Source: Lingula anatina (Eukaryota > Animalia > Brachiopoda). Taken from it: a DNA stretch of 64,000 nucleotides. The notes under the pieces were generated by a model, which did no database searches, was not told the DNA's origin, and was given only the letters and a program-made list of their open reading frames with translations. This document shows positions 1-13,489 of the stretch, piece after piece; positions within the stretch are counted from its first letter, which is position 1; the number at the start of each line of letters is the position of its first letter. A program made the position numbers and the translations under genes. The DNA lies in assembly GCA_051362555.1 (NCBI GenBank), contig CM120643.1:11754644-11818643 (forward strand), read 5' to 3'.

Positions 1-113
1 AGTTATTTATGCAGTCTGCACTTTTGGCTGTGGAAATTAGAAAAATGTTGGATGTGACTTGAATATTACTGTAATGAGTGGTAGTGTGTAAATGTACGTG
101 TTTCCACAATGGA

Positions 114-259
114 TCTCTCTCTCTCTCTTTCTCTCTCTCAATACAATACAATACAATACAATGAATTTTATTTCATGTCGGGTATAAATTGAAAGGAAAC
201 ATTAGCTTTACAGCTATTTGCCGACTGGGTAAGGACAAAAACATATCTACAATAATTCA

Positions 260-310
<51 letters not shown>
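114..310. repeat. (CT)n and (AATAC)n microsatellites
   Basis: CT runs at ~114-139 and 262-310; aatac repeats at ~140-160. Confidence 0.9.
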
Positions 311-311
<1 letters not shown>

Positions 312-1144
312 AGTGAACACAGCAAAGTGAATTTTTTTATTTGAAATATTAAATTCAAATAAGCACATTTGTATTTTTCAGTGTATTAAACAAAAAAAGT
401 TAATAGGATTTCAGTTTTAACCCTTCCAAGGGTGCTTTCCAGTTAGGATAAAAGTCAGTGCTTATTGTACACATATTACATATACTAATTTAAAAAATAT
501 TTTTGAATATAACAATTCATGTTGTCAAAAAAAAAACAAAGGAGAGATATATTTTGTTTAATTTAATAAGCATATAAGATATGTCATCATCATCATTTAA
601 AATATAGATTTTCGAGAAAATTTGGTGGGATTTTCGTGCAATTCCTTCTACAAACAGTTTGGGGTAAATTTCAGTATTCTGCTCTTCTCCTGCTTGATGT
701 ATGGAAGCAGTTAGCTGAAATGAGCATGCTTGTGTAATTGACTTCTTAATGATAATGGATCCCAGGGGCCTCAAACTGCTGTTAACAGCCTGCTCCAGCA
801 TTCAGGCCAGAATGGCAAACTGTCACATGTATCTGAAATGATTAAGATTGCTATTTATTGGTATTTAGATTGTAACTATTTGGCAACTGGGCTGCTACTC
901 ATTAGCTTTAAACTAGGCTTTACCTTATGTATGATATAAATTTGACCCATTATTCATAATGTACATTATCGTTTATTCCACATGTATAATAAGAAAACAA
1001 CCAACAGCTATGTTTTATAGATTCAAAAAGAGTGACAAGATTTGATCTAGATACATTGGCTTTAACAAAAAGAGCTAGCAAAAATGTGAGAAAAAAAATT
1101 ATAACACAATTTCATAATAATGTTATATATGCTAGTTATGATCA

Positions 1145-1453
1145 GGCCACATTGATTAAATTTAATGGATGACATCCTCTGGAGACTGAAACTGTGCTGA
1201 CAACTACGCAGCAGCCATCCACTTTTGGCAGCAAAATGCATGTGCAGTAGGTTTAATTTACTACAAATTCAGCAGTTTTTGCAGGAGAAGATAAAAGACC
1301 CAGGCTTTCACAGCATTTTGAATTAGCACAGACCATGACAGCAGTCAGTTCTGAAGTTCCCTGGAGGTGGTTTTTTTTTTTTTTTTTTTTTTTTGAGAAC
1401 AGGCAAAAATGAATGCTTGTGGATGTCATCCATAGAATTAAATCAATGTGGCC
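1145..1453. mobile_element. MITE, PIF/Harbinger-like
   Basis: ~33-bp imperfect TIRs (ggccacattgattaaatttaatggatgacatcc / ggatgtcatccatagaattaaatcaatgtggcc); flanks tca/tta resemble a TWA target duplication. Confidence 0.7.
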
Positions 1454-1864
1454 TTAGGTGAATTTAGTTTAATAGATAGCTAAAATGTATATTATACACA
1501 CTAATATCTAAGAAAACAGTTGCACCGTATATTGAAACATCTATGCCTTGGGTACTATCATAATGGCAGTCTCTGAGGTAAAAAGAGTGATCATATCTCT
1601 ACAAAGCAAAAATGGTACATGTATAATTTGTTTCAGACATTTTTCTTGGAATTAAGACCAAAGATGCCATTTGAAAAATGAAATATAATCCTTTGGGTCG
1701 ATCAAGTTTATAAGATTGACTGAATATAGGCCATCCAGTTTGCCTGGTTCAGAAATATTTCTGATAATTGTTATTTTGCTGCGAGTTGTTTCAGTTTGTA
1801 GATTCTTTAGAAAAGAAATTGTCGGAAGAAAATTACAAAATCTTTCAGATAACCCGGTAAGGAA

Positions 1865-3018
1865 CTACGCTGCTGTTTCTAGAATTTTGACTTCTGTGTC
1901 AGTGGAAACGCCAGAAATGGCACTGCTGTCTTTACTTGCTGAATTAATCAATGGCTTCCTCTGATGGCAGCCAACTTCCATGCTACCCCGGCGTCGTCCG
2001 CATCGGCAGCCCTTTGAAAATAACCACCTTAACTCCCTACGGAAACAAGCACTACAGCTGACATAAATAAAGAATTTACAACTGCGCAGAACAAATCCTG
2101 GGATAACTTTTACAATCTCATTTGCAAGTCCTTCATTCAATACACTGTCAATATCCACTATTTCAGGATCTTGGTTTTCCCCACTCAGATATCTGTACAC
2201 CTCAAAAACCAGTGACATGACAGAACACACAATGAACAGAACACACGTGCTGAAGAAAATCTTTAAACACTGCATGTAGCAAGTTGGGTCTATGTAGAAT
2301 TTTGTTCGCTCTGGCTGCGTAAATTCTTTTTTCTGAACCAGTCGAATTATCATGAAGATCGTCAACACTAAGACGATGCCGAGGGGCACGCATTCTGCCC
2401 CAACAAACTCCAGATATCTGTAGATTTCTTTAAAGTCTTTGGCATTGTCGTTAAAGCTACACGTGTACTCTTCGCTTGTCTGAGAGGGTTTGATTAAAAC
2501 ATAGGTCCAGAAGAAGTGACCATTGACAAACACCAAGATGACTGTTAGCAACAAAGTGACTGCTACTGCCCTCTCGTATGTACACATCCAATGGGCCTTC
2601 TTAGAATTCCACATCGAAATAAAACATTCGGTTGCCAAGGCTACAATATACCACTGGGCAAGATGGGAAACAAAATTCAGAATAAATGTATACACTTTAC
2701 AAACTGCTGCGGAGGAAATCAGCAATGTTGACGAGAGGTCGATTTTGGCAACTGTCCTCAGCCATTCATTGCCGCACCTCACATATAACTCGATAGTGTC
2801 CACTACTGCCAAAACCGTCAGGTACAGACACGTGGACGTCACCCTCTTGCTGAACTTCCGCATGATGAGGAAGGCCAGGCAGTTCCCTATGGTGCCAATG
2901 ACGAGGAGAAGAGGGTAGATGATTTTTTGGATGTAGATCTGGGCCTTGTACTGCGGGTATAAGTCCATGAGATCCATGTAGTCATCATCTGTCATGTTGC
3001 CTGCTGTGATGTTCAGCT
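1865..3018 (-). CDS. Class A (rhodopsin-like) orphan GPCR, FMRFamide-receptor/GPR139-142-like group; main exon encoding all 7 TMs
   Basis: Seven hydrophobic segments; TM1 GTIGN, TM2 YLTVLAVVD, TM3 Cys (AVCKVY), TM4 VNGHFFW, ECL2 Cys, helix 8 FRRELR. The TTG at 3040 is preceded by a stop. Acceptor tattttccag at 3028-3019; first in-frame ATG at 2995. Confidence 0.9.
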
Positions 3019-5112
3019 CTGGAAAATAGAAAGTTTTCAATTATCTGTTGTCTTGGCCACTCAGTAATTAGATTATTTGTAATGAGATCACCCACATGCG
3101 TTTTTGTTCAATTTAAATGGGAAATTAGATATTTTCTTGGCGGTTTTCTTACTTAAGTGGTCCCCAGGACCCCTATTGTAAGGCCACCAAGCTATTTTTC
3201 CTTATTCTTTGTTACAACCCAAATCATGCCTAAAAAAATAAAAAATAAAAAAGAAGAACTTTCTGCCTGTTATCCACCATCATGGTACCCACTAAGAGTT
3301 CACATCTGAAAAAATAAATCTAAGATGGATGAAATTATAAATAATCCTAAATAAGTGACATTCAGATATTTTGTCAGTTGAATATTAACTCATCTAAGCA
3401 GAGATAGATGAAATTGCTTCCCATTGATATAACATTTAAGTTATGACATTCATATTGTTGCCTGGTCTTAGAATACATAAGTTAGACAGGTGTGGGTTTG
3501 GACTCATTTCATCCCCCTGCAACAAAACTGAATCAAGTGTTCCATTTGGAGACTTACCCCCATGAGAGTTGCCCTTCATGTACCTGTAACATGTGTATTG
3601 ATGTAAACTTGGATTTTTATCACAAAACATAATAATTTGCTATCAAAATAATAGAATAAAAAGCTCTGGTTCAAATGGGTTAGTTACTCAACTATTTGCT
3701 TGGCACTTCATCACAGCTTCCACCAACGAATATATGTCGTCTATCATGGCGGACCTACAGATACAGTGAGGTGGACATCTCTCCTTTGCCATGCTGTCGT
3801 GTGTCCAAGATGTGGCTGAGAATTGTACAACCAGCATGAAAATGCTCATGGTCTTTCTTATTCCAGGTGCATACATTATATCTGTGATTAATTTTCTGTG
3901 GGTGTTTTTTTTCCCCAAAGTTAATGCTTTGAAATTGAAATTGCCAACTGTGGCACATCAGTGCGACACATTTCTTGTTGTAGGTGTACTTCTGCAGCTA
4001 GTTTTGAAATCGATGAAAATACCCTGGAAGCTCAGTATAGTTTACTGTATCTACTAACTTTGATACACAGAAAAAGTCATGAAATGCTCAGCTGTTGGGA
4101 ACTATTCCTCTAAATCTTATTCCCACTCCCGGGGAATAGAGAAGACTTTGAAAAAAAGGCCACAATCTGACCTTTTCCTTCTCTTAAAATGCTGGATTGT
4201 TATAAATGACTGCTGCTTAGATGGCATTAGTGTGTTCTAAGTGTACTTGCCATATACTTGAGTATGTTACCCCTGGTAACCTATACTTAAGAAATTGTAC
4301 CCTGTCAATCATTCACTAATGGGGAAATTATTGGGACCTTCTTAAGATTTTTTTCCTTTCTCACTAGATATCCATTTCTAAGGAGTCATTATTTGTTGTT
4401 GCTTTTTTATTTGCTGCACATAGGATTAAGCTTATTTTGCTTGCTATATGTAGGATTAAGATAATTTATCTAGGCACAAATATATGGGCATACCAGAATG
4501 CTAATGAGATATGCCAGTGGATATAGACACTATACAATCTCTGTTAGGTTTCACTTTCCAAGAAATCATTACATCATTCTGTATTATCCACAGAGTAATT
4601 CTTTTAACAAGAAACAGAAGGAGTTATTGGATTTTCAGCTCTTTTGAATTGTCTAAATATCTATTTGGGTAACTAATCCTATCCCTCTGGGAATCCTAAA
4701 TGTCATTTTAAATAGTGCCATTTCCATGATGTGAGGATGCTTCAGAATTTTAATGTAGAACTTGGTGTAAGTTTGTGTGAAAGTTGTCACTCTGTCTTCG
4801 GACCTTCCAAATGAAATAGCCATTTGTAACCTCAAGCTTCAAATTTGAGATTGCAATTGCATAATTAACAATTGAAACGCGATTTTGTTGTATGATCACA
4901 AAATACTTATTTTGAGCTAACATAGTTAGTCCAGGGCTCAAAGTCACAAATGGCACTTGTGGTTTATTAGACCCCATCTTGCATGGTAAAGATTTAATTT
5001 GAAATGTTATGAAGAAGTGAATGTCTCCAACGTGATAAATGAAAAAAAAAATGTATTTTTTTTCTGGTAAAAAGGGAAGGCGTGTAGTGTTCACAAATAT
5101 AATTCCCAGACA

Positions 5113-5623
5113 TGTAAATTAATTTGATTAAAGTCGATTGCTTGTGCACTCGACTCGTTTTATGGCCTTACCTGTAGTCATGTAACTTAAGTGGACGTGT
5201 GCAATTTGAATAATTAAAATTAGTATGTACCGCCAAATACTGCAGCACAGAATCCACCTATAGATAAGAAATATGTATAAAAGATGTCTAGAAATAATAT
5301 TGAGTGGCAGACTGAAGAAGACTCGAAGGTGACCGCTCGACGGAGCTATGGGAGACGGCTTAGAAGTTGGAGGCTTCACGTATAGAACATGTAGTTAGAG
5401 ATCGTCAACCAATAAACCATTAAACTGGTCATTATGTGGACTTGGGGTTTTCTTTGCGCGACCTTACATAAGTCTGACACGAACCGTGGAATTTTGAATT
5501 GCGTTATCCACTGAGTAAGTCTAAAACGTAATGTCCTATTTCGAGCCCATGCTTGAATTAAGCGTTCTAAATTATATAAGTTTAGGACATTCATCTCATA
5601 TGTATGTGTAAAGGTACATAACA
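5113..5623 (-). mobile_element. Possible solo LTR
   Basis: CpG-rich ~510-bp island in a CpG-poor intron; TGT...ACA ends; ataaa about 45 nt before the end on the - strand; no TSD found. Confidence 0.35.
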
Positions 5624-7600
5624 AAAGGCTTGTCTCTTGTTCAATTTTTGTATGAGCTAGAAGTACTTATTGTAGTAGAATTATTATGTTCTGCCATTCT
5701 TGCTGTTAGATACATTGCAAATGATTTTTAGAGTGGGCGGATTATGTGTTTGTATATATTTTTATTTATTTATTTATTTTTTGTTTACTTTGATGCCTGT
5801 TTTATATTTGGTCCTTGTGGTAATTCGTAATGATATTTCAAAAATATATCAGTCACATATACGTAAAACCACAAAATGATAATTGGAAAATACAAAGAAA
5901 CATGTACCTGCATAAAGCTTAAATGTCAGTCACATAATTAACAACAGTTTCATATTGAGCCCTAGGTGTGTGTGACATGATGGTGGCAGATTTTTGTTTG
6001 TTTCATTTTTAATGAAAAGTACAATTTTACTGTTTGATGATATTTTTAGCTTGTCTGGATATACTATCTAACTGTCTATATGTTGGGGGTAAAAAATACC
6101 TTGAAATGCATGCAGTAATAGCAGTATATGTGATTTTTTTCGTAATAGCCGTACCTTACTCAGTAAACAGACTCTTACCTTTGGTATTTATCACAAGATC
6201 ATTATCATGTTAAAGTTATGTCAGAAGTTTAGGCTCATTAAAGGAAGGTGTATGTTAGAGTTAGTTCTGCCAGGTAACTTGGCAGAGAAAGGCGTGATTT
6301 TGATAATAAAAAAAAAGTCCTGATCAAATCTGTCGGCATATGTTCCTTGGCAGTTGGCTGTTGATGTGAGAGAAGTGAATATTGATCACCACTGACAGTC
6401 CCTTAGCATATGCAGAAATGATAAATTAATGCATAAATAAGAATATGAAAGAAAAAATCTAATTATATCATGATAAAATGATATATTTCAGGGTACGTAA
6501 TTAATCTTGAGGTGGACCTGTAGAATATGGGGGAGGGGGCAGATTTCATTTAGGTGACTTTCTGTGTTAGCCAGGCTTTTGAGTGTTCAGTCTCTCAAAG
6601 TGGACAGGTCCAATTAAGTACACTGCTGGGTCTGAAAAGGGCACAAGCTCCACTCTGTGCAGGTTTTTCTGTATTTGCATATATATGAGACCTGATGATA
6701 TCACTAATTTGATATGACCTTTCGGCAGTTGTTAATCTGGCACTGTATCTTTCTTTCTGTCTTGCTGTTTCAATCCATTTAGTTACTGAGGGCACCCTCT
6801 GCAAAAGATTCCTGTATGGGGCATTAACTTGAAACCATGTTATTATCTTATCCTATTATATCTTTAACTTTGCCACATTTGGTGCACAAATACTGAAAAT
6901 TACCAAAGACAAAGACCATATATGGACAAAAGTGGTTTGTAATAATTTCTTCTGGATGTGACAGAAAGTGAAAAGCAAAACAACGGGGTATTGTGGGATA
7001 ATGAAGGGAAGTGTTACCAAGTCAGGAAATAATTTCAGCACCTGTTAAGCAATTTATGTTTGAAAACAAGAAAAGTGGGTGAAATTTGGTGATAAAATGC
7101 TGATATTGATTAGGAAGGCAGCAGTGGTGATAGATTAAAAGTTAGCTTGGTGATGCATGCCTTTATAGTGAAGTTATCCAACATTTTCTCTTGGTGTCTG
7201 TGTAAAAGGGAATAGTGCAGTTTTCATCAGTCATTGTTGCATCCAGATTGTACCACTGCACCATTTAAACCTGACTACAGTGTTGTCCCTCATTGTGAGG
7301 GATGCCGAACAGCTAAGGACACAAAATTACAACAAATGTCCCTTAAAATTTAGTTTAGAAGGCCAGTAAAAATAATTAAAAACTCAACCATATCCAAAAC
7401 AATATTGTTTAAACGATGTGTGTAGTTAGGTGTTCTAAGATGTCTGTGCGTTTGCACAAGTCCGGTCAAAGGCAGGCACTGGTAAAAGTTTCTGTGTCCC
7501 CCATATTTCTAAACAGGGGGCCCACTGTTTTCAGATGCAACACTCTTAGTGCTGGAAACAACAAAATTAAGGTTATGTATAATTACATAATGCTAGTTTG

Positions 7601-7756
7601 CAGTGTTTGCCTTTTAGGAAAATTAGTTGCTGGACCGAAAGTCCAGCCATCTTGAAAAGTAGCTGGACTGAATGTCTGCCGGGGGGGAAAACTTCTCAGC
7701 CCGTTCTGAAAGTTGTCAGCCCCGGGCAGACGGTCCAGCCTTAATTTCTAACACTG
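7601..7756. mobile_element. hAT-type MITE
   Basis: Ends cagtgtt...aacactg with a perfect 8-bp TSD ctagtttg (7593-7600 and 7757-7764). Confidence 0.8.
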
Positions 7757-10700
7757 CTAGTTTGCTGATGGTAAATCATCAGTTTTTGGAACCTTATGGG
7801 TAGCGCAGTTGCAAGTCCCAGAAAAGATTTCAAAATAAAACAGACTGTTAATTAAGCCAGTCTGTATATTATACCTGGTGAGCTCACTGGTTGCTCTGTT
7901 CAAGTATGATCTAAGTAAATCCAGATGTTCTTTTCTCATTTTCCTCTTCTACTTTTTTTGACAGGTATTCAGTCAAAGTGCAATTTGAAGGATTCCAGTT
8001 CCACTTATTTTTTTGCTTCTATGAGAAAATAGAAAAACACTTGGAGAATGCAGACCTTTGCCACGGCAGCTCAGTTCTAATTATTATGATTTTTTTTATG
8101 TATTAATTACCGTGAAAATCTAATTGATTCTAAGTGAGCCCATTTTGACCTTTTCGGAAAGTTTCTATGAAAATCCCTAATTTTTTAGTAAGGCTTTTAA
8201 CTAACAGACATGAACAAAGGCAAAAACATGGATCCATGTAATAACATTATTTTCTTACACAGTGATTGATTCTTAATGGATACTGGGTACTTAATGGGTA
8301 GTTAATGACTCTTGTATTAAATTGAAAGCCAGTGTTTTGCCACTTGCGTTATATTTTCCCCTTATATTAATTTTTACTATTGGTGGTTGATCTGGGATAC
8401 CAAAAGGGGAAGAGGCCCCAAAAAAGAAACCCCCTTTGATTTTAAGCATGTACAGACAAATTACTTCCTTGAAAATCACTACCTCTTCTGTTTTAATGTA
8501 GTTAAACAGAGCAATGTAGAGGTGCAAATTTCTGGACAAATTGTGTAAAGTAAAAACATTAAGTTAGGAAACAATTACCTAGCTGTCTGGTGAGTTAGGC
8601 AGCATTCACAACAGTGGACAAACAGATCCTTGGATCAAATATGGCTGACCCACTCAAATACTTGTTGTTGTGTAATCCCCCAAGGAATCTATTCAGTGTT
8701 GCCATATTTGACCCACAGATCTTTTAGTCTGCTGTTGTGAATGCAGCCTGAGAGTTCTCCACAAACTGTGACAGGAGAGGTATGGAGTGAGAAAATCCAT
8801 TAGCCTGAACAAACAGAACTTGTTTGGTAATGGAAACCTCCATACCTCTTGCTGCCTTCCCTTACACAGATTTTGTAAATATTGGAAAGTGTGAATTATG
8901 GATCCCCTCAACAGGATGGTATGGGTCCTTCAGTAAAATAAGGTCGATAATTAATAGAGTAGTGCTAGGTAGAGGTATTTGTAAACATGGAAGATTTTAC
9001 AGCATTAGTTTGCTTAGTTGATATTGAGAATGAAATATAGGTTTTGCAATGTGTTTAACTGAAAATTATTCCTAACTGCTTATAAGAAGTATATGAATGA
9101 GCCTGTAAAGTTATATATTTTAAAGCTATAAAATATTTTCCAGAGTATTTTTATTATTTAGTTTTAGAAATTGTTTATTCTACCTTTTCTGTCAGTATAC
9201 ATCATGGAGTAACAACTGTAGAAGACTGACATTCAAATGCCTCTACACAGGTTTTATCAGAAACATTACCATTGAAAAGAATATCCACTTGAAGTCTACA
9301 TATAGCTTTATATAAATCCTGATGTATTTAGTTTAATAAACATAACCATGCCACATGTAGTTCTACTTCAAAATAATTAGAATAGGTAGACAAACATTTT
9401 CAGAGAAAAGAAAAACTTCTTACTACTTACTCTCGATTACGACAATTACTGTATCAGAAGAAAAAGCTTTCACTGGTTCCTACAGAATTGCTTGCTGAAG
9501 CCAAAAATGTTACCAGAGAAAAGTCTCAGGAAAAAACCCAGAAAACTGTAAATGCTCTAGTTCTTCGGCAAGCGTTAATATGCCAATTACTGCTTCTCCC
9601 ACTTCTGGCACTCTGTAACAGTGATAATGGATTCAGAAAGCTTGAAAAAAAAACTAGATATTTACCTTTGGGTGAGCTTTGGAGTTAGAGAAAAGGGCAC
9701 ACAAACAAAGTGTATAGATAAATTAGCCAAGTCAATTTACTGTCATTGTTGTTGACTGGATACAGTAACAGAAGCACTAAATATGGTGATAGATATTTAG
9801 GTCACGGAAGGCGGGGGAAGAGGTGACAGTTCTCTTAGAAATATGATGTGGGTAGCAGGGGGAAAGAGCCTCCTAGAAACCTCCAAGACTTGAGTCAGAT
9901 TGCGTCACTTTTTCTTTTAAGTTTTTCAGGTTTATAGCTTTCTTAAATCCTAGAGTCATGTTCATTTTGAGAAAAAGGAAAACATTTCATTTTATATCAC
10001 TCTTGAGAAACTGAAACTTTTGCCAACATCTGGCAAATTTGAGTCAGATCAATGCTCAAGTAAAAAAAAGTTATTGGGGAATGGTCGAAAGCTTATAATT
10101 TCTTTTTAATCGCTCACATGGAATTATTTTTAAAATTTGGCTCAATTTTTAAAGCAAATATCATGTACAAGCTGTATTTTACATGCAGCCAAAGGGTGCA
10201 TTGTAAATCAACATACATAAACCTCTCATTTACCTATACAATCTATCCAGCTAACTTACCTCCAGCTTCTTTAGAATGTAAACCTCTGCCTACCTGGCTG
10301 TGCAGCAGCAGCAGGTTTGTTTTTATATATATTCTGCTATTTGTGTAAACATTCCTGCGTCAACTTTTTTTGGATTAGGACTCTGCAGTGAAATTGAACC
10401 TTCAGCTAATCATATTTCAAGACCAAAGTGATATCTGGCTGCTGATGTTGTATGATGCGTTGCATAATGGAAAGTTGACGCCTTTTCTGTTCATTGTCCT
10501 GTTGTGTACAGATTCATCCAGCTTCTTTTGTTTTATCGTATATCTTATGAAGCTTCTCTTTTTATGATGAGAAAGAATTTATTAGAAACAGTGGCCAGAA
10601 TTCGTATTGATTCAGCTTCCCTGCTATGTTAGTGAAGAAGTTCTTATCGTATTAGCTTTTGATAGATCAAAACAGATATTTTTCTGATAGATGTCTTGTT

Positions 10701-13435
10701 ATGACTGTAAGAAGTTTTGATCACAGTATTTGTACACACCTTGTGTAGTAGAAAATTACAGAATGCCGGATGAAAGGAGGCTGAAAGTGTCCTTTTGTGT
10801 CTTCTTTAACATGTGTCATTTCAAGAGGGTGAGGGCCCATTTCCATAGACACCATCGGTCAACATGGAATCGACCCAACTCTGTGGGGACTCGCTGACTG
10901 CAATCAGCATAACTGAATGACACCCTTCCTCTTGTTTCTACCACACTCGTATAATCTCCAGCTTTTTTGTATTCTGCTTAATGCCAGGAGGTGTGTGACA
11001 CAGTTAGGCTGATGGCACTCAGCGGAAGTCCCTGCAGAGCTGGACCCCCATGCAGACCAATGCTGTCTTTGGTAATGGAGCCTTAGATAGATTACACAAC
11101 AGACAGCATTTCTAATTTTTTTTCTGTCAGTAATAATAGTAAAAGGAAGAAAAATAAATAAATAAAGAAATATAGATGTCTCTTGAGAAATAAGGAAGCA
11201 GGAAGTGAATCTCTTCCCTCAAAACACAGTGTAATAAGACTTCTAAACCTGTCTAAAGCATCTGCTGCCTTAAGTTCCGTCTGATGATATTTGTTGATTG
11301 AACCATCAAGGGATTTCTGTGGTATGTTATTTGATACTTCAGAATCCATATGGAAATGGTATTTTTGTTCCATCAAACAAGAAAACAAATTAGATTAAAA
11401 AACCAATTTGTGAATTTGCTCTGTCATTTTGATAGTATTTGGAAATTGTATTTTTTTTCATACATGTACATCAAATGCATCAAGTAAATTACCTACTCAA
11501 GTCATTGAAATGCATGTCAGCCCAGCCATACTTATTTGAGAAGTAGGAAATTATATTTTTGCCATCAAACAAGAAAATGACCTGATACATTGTAAAAAGT
11601 TAATTTGCTGACAGGAGCCCGCCTTTAGTGAGTCCATAACTCAATGATACTCCTGGTATGCATATTCTGCCTTGACCTGAGATATGTTACCAAGTGTACT
11701 GAAGCCAAACTCCTGGCAAAACTCTACCTGCTAGTTTGCTGTGTGTGTACAGGAAAGGAAACCATATTTTTTACCAGAAATTCTTATTTGGAAAAATCTG
11801 GGTTTTTCTGATAGCAGTGTGAACGAGTTATGAGACTAACGAAAAATGGGTGCAATTCCAGAAACAAGAATTGTAGTAAAATTGTACATTGTACTTGTGT
11901 TCAGAGACGTTCAGAGGCAAAATCGTTTTGTTCTTGAGGATCTATCTCTCTACTTCACAAAACCCTCCAACCTTCAATAGCCCAGATCAAAAGCAGACCC
12001 ACTGAAGTTGCATTTTGTGTCAACATCAAAAGACAGAATTGTACTGATGTCTCCTGCATACATGTTCTATAATCTGTAACAAATATTATATAAAGATCAC
12101 CACATGTTATACAAAGATTATCAAATATTATATCTTGAATAGCAAATGTTATATAAAAAGAATAACAATTGTTATTATCAAAAATAACTTCAAGAATTGC
12201 AACTACAGACCATAGAGCATATGTAATATCCCCACATCACTAAAATGAAAAATGATCTTAATTATTCCCCACTGCCTTACCACTTATCTGTCCTATTACA
12301 CTTCATTTCCCCAAAACCTATAATCCTGTTTGACTGTAGTGATAAAGGAGACCCAGCCCCTGTATTGCTAGATCTCCAATGGTTGTAATTTCTTCGCATT
12401 AAGTTTTGAGGGTTTCTTTTTCAAGTACTTTTAGTGCTTTTCATAGTTCTTATAAATCTTTTTCCTTGCTTCCTGTCAGTTGTACTACAGAAATTCCACA
12501 TATAAGCACTGAAATTAATGGTTTTCAGGTTGATTGTTGTAATATTTTAGCATTAGTTTGAATACAAGTCCATAGTCTGATGTAATTTTAGGAAGATAGG
12601 CTCTCCATGGATTACAGGCAAGTGTGCATTCACTTTTTTATGCCAAAATATTTGAACAGCTTAACATCTACATAGCAGAAGGTCATATCATGCTGAACCA
12701 GCTTTAGGTTGTATTTCAGGGATGGCCACTTGTGATCAAGATAAACTGATTGAATGAAAAACATATACCTGGATTCTGGAATTCACCTGTTCCTGCCCCT
12801 CTTGCTGCCTCTGGTCAGGGTTTTTTTTTCCAATCATTTGAGGAAATCAAAATCATTAGTATTCAGGCTCTATTGTGTTTTTTCTTCATCATTTATGAGG
12901 CCAAGTATTCACAGGCAATGATTTTAGATATCAACACTTATTTACAGACATACAGAAATTACATGCTGACCCACTTAACTTTTTTATGTATTTATTTATT
13001 CTATTTTTTTTTCACATTTAATTTTAGTCTATTTTGCTTTTCAATATAAGATTTTCTCTATGTTTCACAAAATAACTTGCCAGTGGCTAACATCTTTGTA
13101 ACCAATGTTACATAGTCACATGCCTACCCCCCTATCAGGAGCAATGTTTCAGCACTCTCATGGACACATGCACATATCTTATCCTATCAGGAGCAGTTTT
13201 ACAGCATTCTCATTCACACATCCTCAGGGAACTAACTTAGTAAGTTTTTTTTCTGTGTGTGTGTGTGAAACCAAGGTCAGGTCACTTGTCTAGAAATATT
13301 GTAGATCACAACCTCTTACCTGCCTTCAAAGAGATCATTGTGCCTTGACTGAATTGGATATTTCCTAACACTCACAACATAACACAGCTAAGAGTTTGAA
13401 TCAAGTCAAGAAATGTCCATGTTCAATGGCCAGAG

Positions 13436-13439
<4 letters not shown>

Positions 13440-13487
<48 letters not shown>
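13440..13487. repeat. (CA)n microsatellite
   Basis: Direct reading. Confidence 0.95.
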
Positions 13488-13489
<2 letters not shown>

